A stretch of 64,000 bases of DNA from Yuukianura sp. NJ FZ-2021 (Eukaryota), in contig CM102287.1 of the NCBI GenBank assembly GCA_046563655.1, positions 1,116,001-1,180,000 of the forward strand, in the 5' to 3' direction. How positions within the stretch are numbered: position 1 is the stretch's first letter; every line of letters begins with the position of its first letter. Shown in pieces: positions 60,701-64,000 of this stretch. The translations under genes and the position numbers were made by a program. Below the pieces are notes generated by a model. The model did no database searches. It saw only the letters and a program-made list of their open reading frames with translations, and was not told the DNA's origin.

Positions 60701-63425
60701 TATAGATATGACAGTAAAGCAAGGGACGCAGCGAAGGGCAGCGATCCAGAATGTAAGTTTGTATATAAGTTGAAGTTAAAGTTACTAAATTTTCACAAGT
60801 TAATTGCACCCATTGTTAAGAATTTACCGTTTATGAGAAAAGTTCGGTATGAATAGAATTATATGTTCAGAATGTAATTGTTGTTAAAAGTTTCAAAGTC
60901 TAAATTGTCAATTTGAAGAATAATTAGAAGTTCATGCACAATTTTTAGTTAAGTTGGTCAAACTATGCCAAGTTTTCGTTTCTTTACTAAAGAAAGAGGC
61001 TCATTGTCAGTCAGAATGACACAAGGGTCAGCGTTACCCGGTAAAGAGGGCTTTGTCGCAGGAGAATGTGACGGCTAGGGGATTTCCCCCCTACAGAGGA
61101 GTAGGAGGACCCAGGAGTGGCGCAGCAGAGGAGGAGAGCAGCAGAGCCACGAGGCAAGAGGACCACACCGCACAGCACAGTTTAGCTTTTAGTCTCATTT
61201 TAGTTTTTAGATCTTTATTCTGCGAATAAAGATCAGTCTCTTTCTTGGCTCACACGCGGATGGTCGTCTCTTCCAGATCTTTTCTCGGGTTGACCGGGGG
61301 TCAACTCTACATTGGCGACGTGACAGGCGACCTCCAATCCGAAGGTCAACTCTACATTGGCGACGTGACAGGCGACCTCCAATCCGAAGGTCAACTCTAC
61401 ATTGGCGACGTGACAGGCGACCTCCAATTGGAAGGTCAAGTCGAAGCCTTCGTGTCAAGATCCCTCGCTCCATACGCAGCAGTACTGAGGAGGAGATCAA
61501 CTTAACGGACGAATACACAACGTTTTGGTACTACAAGGGTACGTTTAGTTAGTATTGGGACGCAGCGACACTGGCAGCGTCTCAGCGCAGCGATTGTTAA
61601 GTTTTGCGCGTAAATTCAGGTAGAGTTGAGATTAGTAACCTATGACATGCATCAGAGAGGCATGAATCATTCATTTTTTACATTTTCCTCGTAAAATCAA
61701 AGTTAAACAATAAGATCCGCCCATGACCTGTTCAGTGCTATGTCGTACGGTATTGTCAGTACCCGTATCCTAAAGTTCAGTATGGAATCGACATAAAAAC
61801 GTTTTCTAAGGTAACGTATAGTAACGTAGAGTTAAAAATTGACCTAAAGATGTGGTATAACGTGGCGTGTTACAAAATGGCGTCGTGAGCATGCAGAATC
61901 AGGTTATCAGTATTAGTTTCGTCAGTTAGTGAATCGAGGTCACAGGAAATAGCGGATTAGTAACAGTAATTCAGAAAAACAGCATCTATGAAACATGATT
62001 AAAAATTCCTTGCCTGACTTACTATTTGAAAGTGGAATGTAAAGAAGAAGTCCACATCCCAGATTTTGATGCTGATCTTACATTAAAGTAATTCATTAAC
62101 TAGGGACGCAACGTAGAGTATGTTGCTGTCTCGTATCTCATGTCGTGTTCAAGGATTAGTAGTTATTAACATTTCAAGTAGAGACGCAGCGTACAGTAAG
62201 CAGTCGTCTCCACAATTAGGTCGCAGTCAGGCGTAAATCTACAGATTGTTCAATGAATTGAAGTTTTTAGTAAGTCTTTTGGATTTCAATGAATGTTTTT
62301 CGAAAAGTTATCAAGTAAATTAAAAATTTTGTACTAGTCCATGAGTGAACGACAAGAATCAGAAACTACTCAGTCACGTATTCCTAGAACTAGGTCTGAA
62401 AGAGCTGAACATAGAGCCAGAGTCAGAGAACAGAAGACACAAAGTCGTATTGAAAGTCAAACTCAAAGTCAGATTCAAGGTCAAAGTTCAAAGTCAAGTA
62501 GAGTGCTTATCTTGTCTTATAATTTCAAATGTTGAACATAAAGTTGCGAAGTCAGAGACGCTACGTAGAATAGGTTTATCTCATTTCATGCACATGTTTA
62601 AGTTAATTGAGTTCAAATTTGAGACGCAGCGTACAGTAAGCCGACGTCTCTACAGTTAGATTGAAGTAAGGCAGAAATCTAAAGGTTGTTAAGTCTCCAT
62701 TAAGTTAGTACCATGAGTTTACGAATTGAATGTAGACTGCAGTTAGTTATTAAGACACAAGAGACGCAGCGTAGATTAACTCCTACCCTCACCATACTTC
62801 CAGACTGCAAGCCGTAGAAAACAAACTGACAGTTGTCCCCAAGAACGTTTCGGCAAAAACGTCCATATTTTTTAAAATTAAAATATTAAAAAAAAAAATT
62901 AAAAAAAAAAATTTTTTTTGAAAATAAAAAAAAAATTTTTTTTTGAAAATTTTTACTCCGACGTCATTTCATGTCGCAAGTGAAAATTCACGTCGCGAAT
63001 TTTCGCGTCGCGCGAGGCGACGTGAATTTTCACAGAAAATGGAAATTTGATGCTCAGTCGCTACTACGGCGACACCCACAGCGATGGGACGCAATTTCCC
63101 GTCTCGCGTGAAATTTCACGTCGCGGATGGCGACATCCGCGAATTTTCGCGTCGCGCGAGGCGACGTGAATTTTCACAGAAAATGCAAATTTGATGCTCA
63201 GTCGCTACTACGGCGACACCCACAGCGATGGGACGCGATTTCCGGTCGCGCGTGAAATTTCACGTCGCGAATACCGACATCCGCGAAATAGGTCAAAAAC
63301 TAAAAACCGATGTCGGCAGGTGTTATGTGTGACAACGGAATTGATCCTAAGCCGTTTCTAGTCGCACGCGAAATTTCACGTCGCGTACGCCGCGAGTCGT
63401 GAATTTTCGCGTCGCGCCTGGCGCC

Positions 63426-64000
63426 AGGCGGAGCGATTTATCCCGACTTTTAATTCCGCCCTATCCAGATTTAATGGCGATCTATCGACACCAATGAGAC
63501 TTGGGGTCCTGCAGTACGTTTCATAAGGATTTCAGAAAACTAACTCATTTTCTCCCGGCATCGTTCCGCGCGGAGGTTTTTCGAATGTATTGTTTTGAAA
63601 CAAATTTTCATAAATAAAAGTAACGAGATGAGGGACGACACAGCAAGTGAAAGTGGGTTCCTGTAGCACTTTTTATGAGGATTTCAAAAATGTAGTTGAC
63701 TTTTACCCAGCATCGTTCCGGATTGCATTTCTTTTGAATTCTCTGTTTTGAAACATGAATTTTCATAAATAAAGGTAACCAGATGAGGGACGACACAGCA
63801 AGTGAAAGTGGGTTCCTGTAGCCCTTTTTATGAGGATTTCAAAATAATAATTTACTTTCTGTTCATTCTCACATTTGCATGTTCATTCTCACAAATTTAA
63901 GTCGTTTTGCGTCAAAATGGAGCTCGGCATTCCCCTGGGTGCCGTATACCAACCCCAGATAGAATTCGAGGCGGAGCGATTCCTCCCGACTTTTAAGTCC
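63426..64000. repeat. Compound satellite resumes
   Basis: AGGCGGAGCGATTTATCCCGAC and 155-bp subunits matching 39047-51908. Confidence 0.95.

Larger units (their letters stand above)
51909..63425 (+). mobile_element. Head-to-tail array of a non-autonomous LTR-like element (2 full units plus a truncated third; period 4585/4573 bp)
   Basis: TGTGACGGCTAGGGG starts at 51909, 56494 and 61067. The later two are preceded by a purine tract (GCAGGAGAA). A PBS-like TGGTACTAC follows about 460 bp in. No intact gag or pol. Confidence 0.75.

Overview
Repeat-dominated eukaryotic DNA, probably from an invertebrate given the short 60-130 bp GT-AG introns and AT-rich satellites. (1) 1-10372, minus strand: a near-intact Ty3/Gypsy (errantivirus-like) LTR element ordered 5'LTR - PBS - 5'UTR - extra ORF - gag - (-1 frameshift) pol - env. 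Env runs off the left edge. The extra ORF encodes an intronless, prodomain-less, membrane-anchored matrix metalloproteinase (MMP), and splice signals suggest it can be spliced out to express gag. This is the most unusual thing in the window. (2) 10373-~20100: the element sits inside the packaging-ATPase gene of a Polinton/Maverick (adintovirus-like) element. That element also carries a small core/membrane-lytic-like protein, a conserved unknown ORF, an IAP, a protein-primed PolB and a PC4-domain gene. Together these genes hold 14 short spliceosomal introns that restore reading frames when spliced by hand. (3) 20105-38763: a ~161-bp satellite with local higher-order periodicity, then a 100-N gap. 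(4) ~39050-64000: a compound satellite (155-bp subunits plus a spacer resembling a decayed retroelement integrase core). It is interrupted at 51909-63425 by a head-to-tail array (~4.58 kb period) of a non-autonomous LTR-like element with nested LINE-ORF1 and CG-rich fragments. All calls are by-eye motif recognition; no database searches were run.
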